From: Alphaproteobacteria bacterium MarineAlpha5_Bin9
Lineage (GTDB): Bacteria; Pseudomonadota; Alphaproteobacteria; HIMB59; GCA-002718135
Reading direction: 5' to 3'
Assembly (NCBI GenBank): GCA_002937895.1
Contig: PTKV01000010.1
Span: forward strand, 833 to 64,832
Length of the DNA stretch: 64,000 nt
A program made the translations under genes and the position numbers. Below the pieces are notes generated by a model, which made no database searches, had not been told where the DNA came from, and saw only the letters and a program-made list of their open reading frames with translations. Below, in pieces: positions 1-11,380 of the stretch; position 1 is the first letter of the stretch, and every line of letters begins with the position of its first letter.

Positions 1-1
1 A

Positions 2-1639
2 ATAGAAGGAGAGCCTACTGGACTTATAACTTATATGAGAACTGATAGTGTTACAATGTCGCAGGATGCTATAGATAAGATTAGAGATTACGTGACAAAA
101 AATTTAGGGAAAAGTTATCTTCCTAATGAAAAAAGATTATATAAATCTAAAGCAAAAAATGCTCAAGAAGCTCATGAATGCATAAGACCAACAAATATAT
201 ATTTAACTCCAAATAAAATAAAGAAATTATTAAATATTGATGAATTTAAGCTTTATGAAATAATTTGGCAAAGAGCAGTTTCATCGCAAATGGAAAGTGC
301 AATAATTAATCAAGTTGCAATTAATATAGATAATGAAAATAAAGAAATTAGCTTCAGAGCAAATGGATCTTCTATAAAATTTAATGGTATGCTAGCTGTT
401 TATGAAGATGCTAAAGATGATGATGAAGAAAAGAGCGATGATAATAACAAAAATATACCTGATTTAAAAGAAAATGACAAACTTGTGCTAGTTAAATTAA
501 ATGAAAAACAACATTTTACTCTTCCACCACCAAGGTATACAGAAGCTAGTCTAGTAAAGAAGCTTGAAGAATTAGGTATTGGAAGACCTTCAACATATGC
601 TTCCATTATTAAAGTTTTACAAGATAGAAATTATGTAACTTTAGAGAATAAAAGATTTAACCCTCATGATAGAGGAAGGGTTGTTTCTATTTTCTTAGAA
701 AATTATTTTAACAAATATGTAGAATATGACTTTACTGCAGACCTAGAGAATCAATTAGATGAAATTTCTGATGGTAAATTAGATTGGCGAGATGTAATTA
801 AAAATTTTTGGGATACTTTTAAAATACTTTGTAAAGACACAGTTGGAAAATCAAATAGAGAAATTATTGATGTGATTGATAATGCTTTGGGACCGCATCT
901 TTTTCCACCTCATGGTAAAGATGAAAATAGAAAATGTCCTACATGTAATAATGGAAGATTAGGTTTAAAAGTTGGAAAATTTGGAGGCTTTGTAGGTTGC
1001 TCAAATTATCCAGATTGTAAATATACTATTCAATTTAGTCAGTTAAATGAAAGCAAAAATGGAAAATTAGTGGGCCCTAAAGAGATAGGGGTCTATCCTG
1101 AAACAAATGAAATGATTACTCTTAGAAAAGGTCCGTATGGATCGTATATTCAATTAGGTGAAGGCACAAAAGAAAAAAAACCAAAAAGAGTATCTATTCC
1201 AAAAAATTTTGAACCAGATGATATAGGTTTAAATACTGCAATACAACTTATGGGTCTGCCAAGAAAATTAGGATTTCATCCTGAAACAAACAAAACTGTA
1301 AGCGCAGGCATAGGTATTTATGGGCCTTATATTTTACATGATAAAAAATATAAGGGATTAGAAAAAACTGATAATATTTTAGATATAGAATTAAACAGAG
1401 CTATTGAATTAATTGCAAAACCAACTATTAGAGGGAATGCAACAATAAAAAATTTTGGCAAACATCCAGAAGAAGACAAAGATATTACACTTCATGACGG
1501 TAAATATGGCCCTTATGTAAAATGTGGAAGAATTAATGCATCCTTACTAGGTGATCACACCATAGAAAATTTGTCAAAAGAAGAAGCTATTATTTTAATT
1601 TCAAACAGAAAAAAGAAAATTAAAACAAAAAAAAATTAG
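2..1639 (+). CDS. topA: DNA topoisomerase I, C-terminal ~545 codons (5' end lies upstream of the window)
   Basis: The frame is open from base 2 ([16 protein letters not shown]...), so the type IA active-site Tyr motif ITYMRTDS precedes the first Met of the tracked ORF. One C4 zinc ribbon (CPTC...CSNYPDC) and a Lys-rich tail. Confidence 0.9.
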   Translation: MEGEPTGLITYMRTDSVTMSQDAIDKIRDYVTKNLGKSYLPNEKRLYKSKAKNAQEAHECIRPTNIYLTPNKIKKLLNIDEFKLYEIIWQRAVSSQMESAIINQVAINIDNENKEISFRANGSSIKFNGMLAVYEDAKDDDEEKSDDNNKNIPDLKENDKLVLVKLNEKQHFTLPPPRYTEASLVKKLEELGIGRPSTYASIIKVLQDRNYVTLENKRFNPHDRGRVVSIFLENYFNKYVEYDFTADLENQLDEISDGKLDWRDVIKNFWDTFKILCKDTVGKSNREIIDVIDNALGPHLFPPHGKDENRKCPTCNNGRLGLKVGKFGGFVGCSNYPDCKYTIQFSQLNESKNGKLVGPKEIGVYPETNEMITLRKGPYGSYIQLGEGTKEKKPKRVSIPKNFEPDDIGLNTAIQLMGLPRKLGFHPETNKTVSAGIGIYGPYILHDKKYKGLEKTDNILDIELNRAIELIAKPTIRGNATIKNFGKHPEEDKDITLHDGKYGPYVKCGRINASLLGDHTIENLSKEEAIILISNRKKKIKTKKN

Positions 1640-3402
1640 TTTTTTAAATTAAATTTAATGCTTAATTCTTTTAATCTTTTAGCTTCTACTTCTGCAGGAG
1701 CATCCATCATTAGATCCATTGCTTGTTGATTCATTGGAAAAGCAATAACTTCACGTATATTTGGTTCATTTGCTAAAAGCATAACTATTCTATCAATGCC
1801 TGGAGCACATCCACCGTGAGGTGGTGCTCCATATTTAAGAGCATTTAACATCCCTGAAAAATTTTTTTCAACATGACTTTTATCATATCCTGCAATTTCA
1901 AAAGCTTTGTACATTATTTCTGGTTTATGATTTCTTATAGCGCCGGAAGAAAGTTCAACGCCATTACAAACTATATCATATTGAAAAGCAAGAATATCAA
2001 GAGGGTTTTTTTCAGATAAAGATTGCATTTCTCCTTGTGGCATTGAAAAAGGATTATGACTAAATTGAATTTTGTTTGTTTTTTCATCAATTTCATACAT
2101 CGGAAAATCAACAATCCAACAAAATTCAAATGACTCTTTATCTAATAGATTTAATTCTTCAGACAGCTTTTCTCTTACTTTGCCAGAAAATAATTGAGCT
2201 TTTTTTATTTGATCACAAATAAAAAAAATCGAGTCATTTTCTTTCATTTCAAACATTTTTAAATTATTAATTGATAAATTTTTAGCAATAGGACCTTTAA
2301 AGGATCCTTCATGATAATTAATATAACCTAACCCAGGAGCACCTTCATCAATAGCCCAATTATTAAGTTTATCAAAAAAGCTTCTTGGATTACCCGCAAT
2401 ATTAGCAACTTTTATTCCTTTAACATGTGCTCCTTTTAAAATTTGTTCAGAAAAAATTTTAAAATTAGATTTTTCAAAAATTTGTGTATAATTTTTTATT
2501 ATTAATGGGTTTCTAAGATCTGGCTTATCAGTTCCATATTTTTCTAATGCTTCAATATATGGAATTCTTGGGAAAGGATAATCTTTTATTTTCCATTGTT
2601 TTGATTTTAAGTTTTCATTAAAAACATTATATAAAACTGGTTCAAGAACATTGAATATATCATCTTGAGTAACAAAACTCATTTCAAAATCAAGTTGATA
2701 AAATTCACCAGGAGAACGATCAGCTCTACTATCTTCATCACGAAAACATGGGGCTATTTGAAAATACTTATCAAATCCAGCGACCATTAGTAATTGTTTG
2801 AATTGCTGAGGGGCTTGAGGTAAAGCATAAAATTTTCCAGGATGAATTCTTGAAGGTACCAAATAATCTCTTGCACCTTCAGGAGAAGCAGAAGTCAAAA
2901 TAGGCGTTTGAAATTCAATAAAATCTCGTTTAATCATTTCTTTTCTAATTGAAGATATAACTTTGTTTCTTAATAAAATGTTTTTGTGCAACTTATCTCT
3001 TCTTAAATCTAGGTATCTATATTTCAATCTAACATCTTCACCATAATCAATATTTGAATTCACTGGCATAGGTAAAGTTTCAGCTTTTGATAAAACTTCA
3101 TAAGTTTCAATTATTACTTCTATTTCACCTGTAGATATTTTTTTGTTAATAGTTTCATCAGTTCTTTTTTTAACTTTACCAGATATTTTAATTACTGACT
3201 CATTTGATATATTACTAATATCTATAAAATCTTTATGTGAAGAGTCTATAACACATTGTGTTATTCCATAGTTATCACGAAGATCAATAAACAATAAATT
3301 TCCATGATCTCTTTTTTTATTAATCCAACCAGATAAAATAACTTCTTGATCTAAAAATTTAATATTTAATTCTGAACAAAGATGTGACCGATAAATATTC
3401 AT
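1636..3402 (-). CDS. aspS: Aspartyl-tRNA synthetase (588 aa)
   Basis: Class IIb aaRS: N-terminal OB domain, motif 2 region [20 protein letters not shown], motif 3 region [14 protein letters not shown]. Its stop codon shares bases with the topA stop (TTAG). Confidence 0.95.
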   Translation of the reverse strand: MNIYRSHLCSELNIKFLDQEVILSGWINKKRDHGNLLFIDLRDNYGITQCVIDSSHKDFIDISNISNESVIKISGKVKKRTDETINKKISTGEIEVIIETYEVLSKAETLPMPVNSNIDYGEDVRLKYRYLDLRRDKLHKNILLRNKVISSIRKEMIKRDFIEFQTPILTSASPEGARDYLVPSRIHPGKFYALPQAPQQFKQLLMVAGFDKYFQIAPCFRDEDSRADRSPGEFYQLDFEMSFVTQDDIFNVLEPVLYNVFNENLKSKQWKIKDYPFPRIPYIEALEKYGTDKPDLRNPLIIKNYTQIFEKSNFKIFSEQILKGAHVKGIKVANIAGNPRSFFDKLNNWAIDEGAPGLGYINYHEGSFKGPIAKNLSINNLKMFEMKENDSIFFICDQIKKAQLFSGKVREKLSEELNLLDKESFEFCWIVDFPMYEIDEKTNKIQFSHNPFSMPQGEMQSLSEKNPLDILAFQYDIVCNGVELSSGAIRNHKPEIMYKAFEIAGYDKSHVEKNFSGMLNALKYGAPPHGGCAPGIDRIVMLLANEPNIREVIAFPMNQQAMDLMMDAPAEVEAKRLKELSIKFNLKN

Positions 3403-3413
3403 ATATAATTTTA

Positions 3414-4055
3414 TTATATTAATTCTTTGATTAATGGAATTGTTATTTGTCTATTAGTTGATAACGATATTTTATCAATTTCTGTGACTAAATTATAGAA
3501 ATTTAAATAAGTTCTATCTACTCTTTTTAAAATATAAAAAAGAACATCATCATTTTTCAAAAAAAGCTGTCTATCATATAAAAGCTTTAAAAGATAATTC
3601 ATAATAAGCTCATCATCAGGGTTAAAAATCTCTGATAAAATAAAGGATTTAATTCTTGAAGATAGATCCTGAAATTTATAATCAAATTCTGATGGATATA
3701 AATTACTAGTAATTAAAATTTTTGTTTTATTATTATAACAATGATTAATAAGATAAAATAATTTCTCCTCATTAATATTTTGATAAATATTTTCTATTAA
3801 GATACTGTTTTTATTATTAGTAAGAATTTTATCATATTTGTTATAATCAAATAATATAGCATCATTATGTTTTTTCCATATATTGGCTAGATGTGTTTTG
3901 CCTGATTTTGGAGGACCTTTTAAATAAATATACTGATGATTGTTATTGTTATTAATAATAGTTTTATAAGCTATTTCATTAGATTTAGAAATGAAAAAAT
4001 TATCATGATCAAAATTATCTTTATAATTAAAATTAAATATTTCTTGTTTATACAT
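3414..4055 (-). CDS. hda: DnaA-related regulatory inactivator (Hda/HdaA-like AAA+ protein)
   Basis: 213 aa. Walker [11 protein letters not shown], the LSSR box-VII-like motif (QDLSSRIKS), and a C-terminal region typical of Hda ([10 protein letters not shown]...[10 protein letters not shown]). Too short to be DnaA itself. Confidence 0.75.
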   Translation of the reverse strand: MYKQEIFNFNYKDNFDHDNFFISKSNEIAYKTIINNNNNHQYIYLKGPPKSGKTHLANIWKKHNDAILFDYNKYDKILTNNKNSILIENIYQNINEEKLFYLINHCYNNKTKILITSNLYPSEFDYKFQDLSSRIKSFILSEIFNPDDELIMNYLLKLLYDRQLFLKNDDVLFYILKRVDRTYLNFYNLVTEIDKISLSTNRQITIPLIKELI

Positions 4056-4057
4056 AA

Positions 4058-5116
4058 TTATTTATAAATTATACATTTATCATTAAATTCAAATAATAAA
4101 TTTTTCATTATTAAATTTTGCTTAAAAATTCTTTCATCCCCATAATAATTAATAATAATTAAATTTGAATTAAATGATAATTCTTTAATATTTATACTTT
4201 TAAGTTCACTGATTGAACTTATAGAATTTCTAATTGTTAACAAATCATTATAATTATTAGCTTTAATAATACAAATTTTAGAATTAATTATCTTATTATT
4301 TATATTATTATTTTTTTTCCACCAATCATCTAAATAATTTATAGTTAAATTAGTTGAATGATTAAAAAAAGAATCTAGGTTTTTTGTATTTATAGAATCT
4401 AATGATACAATTTTTTTTAAATTATTTTCTAGAGAATAAGTGAAAATATTTATTTGATAGTTTTCTAAATTTGCTGATTTTTCAATTTGAAAATAAATTA
4501 AATTTTTTAATTTATATTTATCTAAAATTCTATTAAAAGAATTAATATCAAATATTTTTATTTTTTCTAAAGGTAAAATATAGCGATCATTAAAATCTAA
4601 ATTTGGAAAATTAAATTTAATTAATAAATCATTTCTAGTAATTTTATCTTTAAATATAGAATTAAATTTATTTTTTTGATTTAATCCATATGAATTGAAT
4701 CCAAAATTGTATGTGGAAATCACTAAAAATGGTTTTGAATTTAAAAAAGTATAATTAATTTTTTCGTTTCTAAATATATTAATTATTTTCCTAATATTTA
4801 GATTAATTTTAATATCTGCAATATATTTATTTTCTCTTATAAATTCATTTTCTATATTTATACTTTTTATTAATTCTTCAGATTTATATTTTCTATTAAA
4901 AATATTATTAAATTTTAAACGATTATTAGTATCTAAAAACTTATTTAAAAATGATTCAATTGTTTTATCTGTTGAAACCTTTATTAAATTCTTTTTTGTT
5001 AAATCTGCGTTAAAAGTTTCAATATTATAATGATAATATTTACTAGTAAAAAATTCAAACCCATTTAGATTTATAGGAGAAATTAATACAAAAATTAAAA
5101 TAATAAATAATTTCAT
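4058..5116 (-). CDS. Hypothetical secreted/periplasmic protein (352 aa), Asn/Lys/Ile-rich
   Basis: Long uninterrupted ORF with an N-terminal hydrophobic signal-like segment (MKLFIILIFVLISPINLNG) and no catalytic motif I recognise. It ends 2 nt before the hda start. Possibly DUF2066-like, from memory of hda neighbourhoods only; unverified. Confidence 0.5.
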   Translation of the reverse strand: MKLFIILIFVLISPINLNGFEFFTSKYYHYNIETFNADLTKKNLIKVSTDKTIESFLNKFLDTNNRLKFNNIFNRKYKSEELIKSINIENEFIRENKYIADIKINLNIRKIINIFRNEKINYTFLNSKPFLVISTYNFGFNSYGLNQKNKFNSIFKDKITRNDLLIKFNFPNLDFNDRYILPLEKIKIFDINSFNRILDKYKLKNLIYFQIEKSANLENYQINIFTYSLENNLKKIVSLDSINTKNLDSFFNHSTNLTINYLDDWWKKNNNINNKIINSKICIIKANNYNDLLTIRNSISSISELKSINIKELSFNSNLIIINYYGDERIFKQNLIMKNLLFEFNDKCIIYK

Positions 5117-5167
5117 AAGATATGAATTTATATTAAAATTGTGTTTTTATTGTTATTTATTAATAAT

Positions 5168-5581
5168 TTAAGAAACTTCATTATTTTTGAAGAAAAAATC
5201 AATTTCAATTTTAGCATTTTCTTCCGAATCTGATCCATGAACAGAATTTTCTTGAATATTTATAGCAAAATTTTTTCTTATTGTTCCATCTTCTGCTTTT
5301 TCTGGATTTGTTGCTCCCATAATTTTTCTATAATCTTCAATTGCATTAACTCCTTCTAGTACTTGAACTACTATTTCATTAGATGTCATATATTTTATCA
5401 AATCATTAAAAAATGGTTTATCTTTATGCACAATATAAAAAGCTTTTGCTTCATCTGGTTCTAATTTAATTCTTTTTTGAGCTACTATTTTTAAATCTTT
5501 TGTAGTTATAAGTTTATTTATTTGATCAACTAAATTTCTTTTTGTTGCGTCAGGCTTAATAATAGAAAGAGTGTTTTTCAT
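5168..5581 (-). CDS. ndk: Nucleoside diphosphate kinase
   Basis: 137 aa. TLSIIKPDA N-terminus and active-site His region NSVHGSDS. Confidence 0.95.
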   Translation of the reverse strand: MKNTLSIIKPDATKRNLVDQINKLITTKDLKIVAQKRIKLEPDEAKAFYIVHKDKPFFNDLIKYMTSNEIVVQVLEGVNAIEDYRKIMGATNPEKAEDGTIRKNFAINIQENSVHGSDSEENAKIEIDFFFKNNEVS

Positions 5582-7054
5582 TTATTTAATTTTAAGAAAT
5601 TGATCTATTAATCTTACTCCAAAAGCTGTTGCTCCAGCGGAGTGATATCCTGCATACCCTATTCCACTACTTTTTTTACTCCAAGTAACGCCTGCGATAT
5701 CTAAATGAGCCCAGGGAATATCTTTATTTACAAACCTTTGTATAAATTGAGCTGCTGTTATTGATCCTCCCCATCTAATTCCTATATTCTGCACATCAGC
5801 ACGAGATGAATTAATATCAGCATCATATTCTGGCCCTAAAGGAAGTCTCCATACATTTTCGTTTGTAATTTCACCTGATTTATAAATTCTTTTAGATAAA
5901 TTGTCGTTGTTACTGAATAATCCAGCTTTATAAGTTCCTAAAGCTATCATTATAGCGCCAGTTAGAGTTGCAAAATCAATTATTTCTTTTGGTTTATAAT
6001 TTTGCTGAGCATAAGTTATTATATCTGCTAAAACTAAGCGACCTTCTGCATCAGTGTTTAATACTTCAATTGTTTGTCCAGATAAACTTTTAACTATATC
6101 TCCTGGTCTTTGAGCTTTTCCGTCTGGCATATTTTCTACAAGTCCTACAATTCCAATTAAAGGTTTCTTTATTTTATTTAAAGCAGCATTTATCATTGAG
6201 CCAACTACAACTGCAGAACCAGCCATATCATAAATCATATCTTCCATTCCACCAGAAGGTTTTAATGAAATACCTCCAGTGTCAAAAGTTACACCTTTGC
6301 CGATCAAAACAGTAGGTTTAATATTTTTTTTCAAATTCCATTCAAATACTACAACTCTAGGTTCATTTACACTTCCTTGAGACACGCCTAGTAAAGCTCT
6401 CATACCAATTTTTTTAATTTGTTTTAAATTTAAAATTTTAACTTTTAAGCCTGGAATATTTAATTTAGAGCATCTATTAGCGTAAGATACTGGATTAATT
6501 ATGTTTGCAGGTTCTGAAACTAAATCTTTCGTAAAATTGATAGCATATATAAGATTTTCAACATATGCAAAATTTTTAATTTTAAAATTTTTTGAACATA
6601 AAACATTTATATTTTCAAATGTAAAATGCTTATGTTGACTTTTGTATTTTATGAATGAATAAGATTTTAAGAGTAATCCAAATAATAAATATCCACAAAT
6701 ATCATTATTAGATTTTAATAATTTCTCACTAAAAATAAAATTTAAATTTTTACCTGAATTTTCACTAAATTTAGCAAATAATTTACCGCCTTCTCTTATT
6801 GCGCTATCTTGATTGAGTTTTTCTAATAGTATAATTCTAACTTTATATAATGAATTTGATGAATGAGATCTTAAATAAGACTCATAATAATATTTATCTT
6901 TTAAAATTTTTTCAATTTCTAGACTTTTAGATAGTAAAATAGTATCAATTGGCAGATTTTTAATATTTTTTAATTCACTAAATTTTGATAAAACTATTGT
7001 AAATTCCTTAAATTCCTTGATAAATTGTTTTGGATATTTGAGAGTTATGGACAT
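5582..7054 (-). CDS. pepA: Leucyl aminopeptidase (M17 family)
   Basis: M17 signature NTDAEGRLVLAD and metal-site region GKGVTFDTGGISLKP. Divergent from lptF as in many proteobacteria. Confidence 0.9.
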   Translation of the reverse strand: MSITLKYPKQFIKEFKEFTIVLSKFSELKNIKNLPIDTILLSKSLEIEKILKDKYYYESYLRSHSSNSLYKVRIILLEKLNQDSAIREGGKLFAKFSENSGKNLNFIFSEKLLKSNNDICGYLLFGLLLKSYSFIKYKSQHKHFTFENINVLCSKNFKIKNFAYVENLIYAINFTKDLVSEPANIINPVSYANRCSKLNIPGLKVKILNLKQIKKIGMRALLGVSQGSVNEPRVVVFEWNLKKNIKPTVLIGKGVTFDTGGISLKPSGGMEDMIYDMAGSAVVVGSMINAALNKIKKPLIGIVGLVENMPDGKAQRPGDIVKSLSGQTIEVLNTDAEGRLVLADIITYAQQNYKPKEIIDFATLTGAIMIALGTYKAGLFSNNDNLSKRIYKSGEITNENVWRLPLGPEYDADINSSRADVQNIGIRWGGSITAAQFIQRFVNKDIPWAHLDIAGVTWSKKSSGIGYAGYHSAGATAFGVRLIDQFLKIK

Positions 7055-7059
7055 TTTTT

Positions 7060-8094
7060 ATGAATAAAATTAATTTATACGTTTTTAGTCAAATTATTAA
7101 GTCTTGTATACTAGTTTTTTTTATATTTATATCAATAGCATGGCTAATGCAACTATCAAGACTTTATAATATTCTTAATCACCTTAAAATAAATACTTTG
7201 GATATTTTAACATTATCAATTTTTATGATTCCAAATTTAATTAATGTAATTTTGCCTTTTTTATTAATTTTTGGACTAGTATTAGCATTCATAAAACTTT
7301 CAAGAGATAAAGAAATAATTGCAATTTACAGTTTAGGTATATCAATTGATGAAATAAAAAAACCAATATTTTATTTATCTATTCTTATGGTGATATTTTC
7401 TTTATTAATAAGTTTTTTTATTTCTCCCCAAACATATGCTATTTACAAAGAAAAAGAATTTAATTTAAGAAATACAATTCAATTTGATAAAATCGATTTT
7501 TCTAACTTTATTAAATTTAGTGATAATTTAACAATTGATTTTGAAAATAATAATGGAGCATTTAGTAATATACTCATTAGTACAAAAGATGAGTATGAAA
7601 CAATTATATATGGAGAAAAAGGAGAAATTGAACAATTAGATAGTAATTTAAGATTTAAATTAATTAATGGGTTTAAAACACAAATAAAGAATGATTCTAT
7701 TGAAAATTTAAATTTTGACTCGTATATTGCAAGCTTTCCTATAAGTGATAAAAACGTTTACAAAAAAAATGATATAAATACTCTAGATTTTTTTGAAATA
7801 TTAAATGACAGAGAAAATAATCAATATATTCTTTTATTAAGAATAATTGATGTATTAATAATAATAGTTCTTTGCTCTTTCTACTATAAAAATAATATCA
7901 AAAAAAACAAATTTAATTTATTTAATCAACTTTTTTTTATAATTACTGCTATTTACTGTCTTTTGATAGATAATTTATTTGAAAAATATATTATCAATAA
8001 CAACGTATTTGTTTTGATACTATTTGTAAATTTATTTTTCGTTTTTTTTATTCCAAACATTGCTTCAACATTTAGATTAATAGATGAAAAATAA
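7060..8094 (+). CDS. lptF: LPS export ABC transporter permease LptF (YjgP/YjgQ family)
   Basis: 344 aa polytopic membrane protein with a central periplasmic domain. First of a paired YjgP/YjgQ set divergent from pepA and directly upstream of lptD. Confidence 0.75.
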   Translation: MNKINLYVFSQIIKSCILVFFIFISIAWLMQLSRLYNILNHLKINTLDILTLSIFMIPNLINVILPFLLIFGLVLAFIKLSRDKEIIAIYSLGISIDEIKKPIFYLSILMVIFSLLISFFISPQTYAIYKEKEFNLRNTIQFDKIDFSNFIKFSDNLTIDFENNNGAFSNILISTKDEYETIIYGEKGEIEQLDSNLRFKLINGFKTQIKNDSIENLNFDSYIASFPISDKNVYKKNDINTLDFFEILNDRENNQYILLLRIIDVLIIIVLCSFYYKNNIKKNKFNLFNQLFFIITAIYCLLIDNLFEKYIINNNVFVLILFVNLFFVFFIPNIASTFRLIDEK

Positions 8095-9163
8095 AATATC
8101 ATTATATTTATACACTTTAAAAATAAAATTTATAATAATTACATTATTTTTTTTATCTCTTTTTATTCAAATCATAAATTTAATAGAAGTAGCAAGAATT
8201 TCAGAATCTAAAAATTTTGATATTATTCAAGTTATATATTTATCTATTCTAAAATTACCTTCAAGCTCTCAACAAATTACCCCTTTTGTAATAATTATCT
8301 CAACTGCTTTTTTTTATAGGTATTTAATTTCTAATAATGAGTTCATCTCTATAAGAAATGTTGGTTACTCAATAATAGATATATTTAAGCCAGTAGGATT
8401 AGCTATAATAACAGTGGGTTTATTTTTTTTGATCTTTATTAATCCTCTATCTTCATTTTCTGAAAAATTATTTGAAGCTAAAACTTCTAAAGAATCTTCT
8501 TCATTTTATTCTATTAAAATTAAAAATAATGAAATTTGGATTAAAAATAAACAAGACAAAAAGATTAATTTTATACAATTTTCAAATTTTGATTTAAAAA
8601 ATTTAAATGCTGAAAAAATTAAAATTATTGAAATAGAAAATGGAAAAAAAAGATTCTATATAGCTAATAAAGGTGCTTTAAAAGACAATATTCTTTCATT
8701 GAAAGAACTAACATATTTTGATATCGTAGATGAAAGCTCTCAAAAAATATCTAATTATAATTTAAATGTTAATTTTAGACAAAATGATATAATTAATAGT
8801 ATATCGAATTACAAGCACATACCTTTCTATAAATATAATAGTCACATTAAATCCCTTCAAAAATTTAATTTATATTCTGAAACTGTTTCATTTCATTATA
8901 TAAGCGAAATATTTAAACCAATATTTCTTTTAATTTTAAGTTTTATTGTGATGGGCTTTGCGAGTAAATTTAAAAGAAATGAGAGTTTTTTTAAAATATT
9001 ATTTATTTCAATATCCTTTGGCTTTATATTTTTTATTTTCAACGAAGTTTTATCTGGCATAACTATAGCGAAAATCATACCTTTTTGGTTTTCTTATACA
9101 ATTTTAATTATTTTTTCTTTGATAATTGGATTATATCAATCAATTAATATTGAGATTAAATAA
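8084..9163 (+). CDS. lptG: LPS export ABC transporter permease LptG (YjgP/YjgQ family)
   Basis: 359 aa paralogue of the preceding gene with the same TM/periplasmic-domain layout. Overlaps lptF by 11 nt. Confidence 0.75.
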   Translation: MKNKISLYLYTLKIKFIIITLFFLSLFIQIINLIEVARISESKNFDIIQVIYLSILKLPSSSQQITPFVIIISTAFFYRYLISNNEFISIRNVGYSIIDIFKPVGLAIITVGLFFLIFINPLSSFSEKLFEAKTSKESSSFYSIKIKNNEIWIKNKQDKKINFIQFSNFDLKNLNAEKIKIIEIENGKKRFYIANKGALKDNILSLKELTYFDIVDESSQKISNYNLNVNFRQNDIINSISNYKHIPFYKYNSHIKSLQKFNLYSETVSFHYISEIFKPIFLLILSFIVMGFASKFKRNESFFKILFISISFGFIFFIFNEVLSGITIAKIIPFWFSYTILIIFSLIIGLYQSINIEIK

Positions 9164-9166
9164 ATC

Positions 9167-11380
9167 ATGAAAAAATTTTTTTATATTATTATATTTTTGC
9201 TATCTATATCTTTTTCATACACATCTAATAATTTAGCAAATGAAACTGAAGTTTATGCAGATAATATTGAGTATGATTCAAATGATAGAATAATTGCTAC
9301 AGGTAAGGTCAAAATAATTAAAGATGATCAAGTTTTAACATCTAATAAAGTGATCATAGATCAAGTTAATAAAAAAATTATCTTACCAGAAGTATTTCAA
9401 TTTAAAGATGAACAAAATACTTATTACCAAGGATCAAGTGGACAATTTACTACTGATTTTACTATTGGTAAAGTTCACGATATTAGAATTATGCTTAAAG
9501 ATGGTTCTAGAATAGTTGGTAATTTAGGTTTAAAGGAGAATAATCAAGATTTAATTACTAAAGGTGTTTTTTCACCTTGTACATCAAAAATTAAAATAAG
9601 AAATTTTATGTGTCCTATCTGGCAAATTGATGGAGAACAAATATTACATGACAGAGATAATCTATTTATTCATACAAAACATGCTAAAATGAGAATAATT
9701 AACACTCCAGTATATTATTTTCCCTATATAGTTCAACCTTCACCATTAAGAGTAAAACGCAAATCAGGATTTTTAAATCCTTCAATTAATTTTAATTTTT
9801 TAGATACTAAAATTACTCAATCAATTTCTCTTCCTTACTACTTTGCTATTGATGAAGATAAAGAACTGTTATTGACTCCAACAATTAATTATGGTGGTGG
9901 AGTAGATGCATCACAAAAAATTAATTATCAATATAAACAAGTATTATCAGGAGGAACTTTAGGTATAGATGCTTCAACACAAACAAATTTAGAAAATGAA
10001 AATAATGAAAGTTGGTTAAGGGATGGGAGTATCCAAACAAATTTAAAACAGAATATAAATAAGAATTATAGAATGGAATTATCTTCAGCTTTTCAAACAT
10101 CTCCTACGTATTTAAGAAGAACAGATCAAAATAATATCTTAAATAGAAAAAATTCCTTAAATAGTACTCTAAATATATTTGGATATGATATCATTAACAA
10201 GAATGATTACTTAGAATTTAATATTTCAGGATATCAGGTTGTTAGAAACAATGAAGATAATAAAACTACACCTACTTCATTTCCTTATATAAAATACACT
10301 TCCAACAATAAATCTTATCAAAACTATAGTTATAAAAATCACTATAATTATTATAATATTTTTAGGGATAAAGCTACTAATGAACATGCTCAACAACAAC
10401 AAAAAGTATCATATGCGTTAAAGGCTAATAATGAATTTTATAGATTTAATAGCAAATTAAATTTTAAAACTGAGATACACACTCAATTTTATAATACAGA
10501 AAATATGAAAATAGATAATAAGGATTATTCTGGAACATATGAAAGAATATTTCCTATGACTGGCTTGTATATAGAAACTCCCTTATATAATAAAAAAAAT
10601 GACTTTTATATAATTCCAAAATTATTTGGTGTATTAAATAGTAGTCAATCAAACTCTAATAAAATTTCAAATGAAGACTCTACAGATTACTCATATAGTT
10701 TATTAAATTTTGCTGATTTAAATAGATTTAAAGGTTCTGATAAACTTGATAATAGCAAAAGATTAAGTTACGGTATTGATTTTCTAAAAAATAATTACTC
10801 CTTTGGATTAGGTCAATCATATGAATTTGATATAAATAGAAATGATTTTACTAAAAATGTCGGTCAAAACGATTATATGTCTGATTTATTAGGTTCAGCA
10901 TCAATTGATAATATTAAGAATGATTTGTATTATAATTTTAGATTTAATGTAGACCAAGGTCTAATGAAATCACACAATCTCAAATACATTAATGAAAGTA
11001 TTATTGGCAAATTTGAATTATTATATAGTCAGGAAAGACAAGAAGTGAATAAAATTCTCAAAGATGAAAATGAAAATTTAAAATTAACTTTAAATAGTGC
11101 TGAATTTTTAAAATATTCTAATATAAAAGCTTCTTCAGAATTTAATTTAATAACAGACGATCCTACTAATTATTCATTAGGATATGAATATTTTGATGAA
11201 TGTTTTGGAGTAAATTTAGATTTCTCAAGAAATTTTTATGAAGATAGAGATTTAAAACCTAGCGATACCATTACTCTAATGTTCTCATTTAAACATTTAG
11301 GATCATATTCATCAAGTAATGTATTAGAAGAAAAAATATATTGGGATTATACCAAAAAAGATGCAAGCAAATTTAAGTAA
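9167..11380 (+). CDS. lptD: LPS assembly outer-membrane protein LptD (OstA/Imp)
   Basis: 737 aa with a signal peptide, an N-terminal OstA-like beta-jellyroll region (ADNIEYDSNDRIIATGKVKI) and a large Tyr/Asn-rich beta-barrel. The lptD-surA-pdxA-rsmA order is conserved. Confidence 0.8.
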   Translation: MKKFFYIIIFLLSISFSYTSNNLANETEVYADNIEYDSNDRIIATGKVKIIKDDQVLTSNKVIIDQVNKKIILPEVFQFKDEQNTYYQGSSGQFTTDFTIGKVHDIRIMLKDGSRIVGNLGLKENNQDLITKGVFSPCTSKIKIRNFMCPIWQIDGEQILHDRDNLFIHTKHAKMRIINTPVYYFPYIVQPSPLRVKRKSGFLNPSINFNFLDTKITQSISLPYYFAIDEDKELLLTPTINYGGGVDASQKINYQYKQVLSGGTLGIDASTQTNLENENNESWLRDGSIQTNLKQNINKNYRMELSSAFQTSPTYLRRTDQNNILNRKNSLNSTLNIFGYDIINKNDYLEFNISGYQVVRNNEDNKTTPTSFPYIKYTSNNKSYQNYSYKNHYNYYNIFRDKATNEHAQQQQKVSYALKANNEFYRFNSKLNFKTEIHTQFYNTENMKIDNKDYSGTYERIFPMTGLYIETPLYNKKNDFYIIPKLFGVLNSSQSNSNKISNEDSTDYSYSLLNFADLNRFKGSDKLDNSKRLSYGIDFLKNNYSFGLGQSYEFDINRNDFTKNVGQNDYMSDLLGSASIDNIKNDLYYNFRFNVDQGLMKSHNLKYINESIIGKFELLYSQERQEVNKILKDENENLKLTLNSAEFLKYSNIKASSEFNLITDDPTNYSLGYEYFDECFGVNLDFSRNFYEDRDLKPSDTITLMFSFKHLGSYSSSNVLEEKIYWDYTKKDASKFK

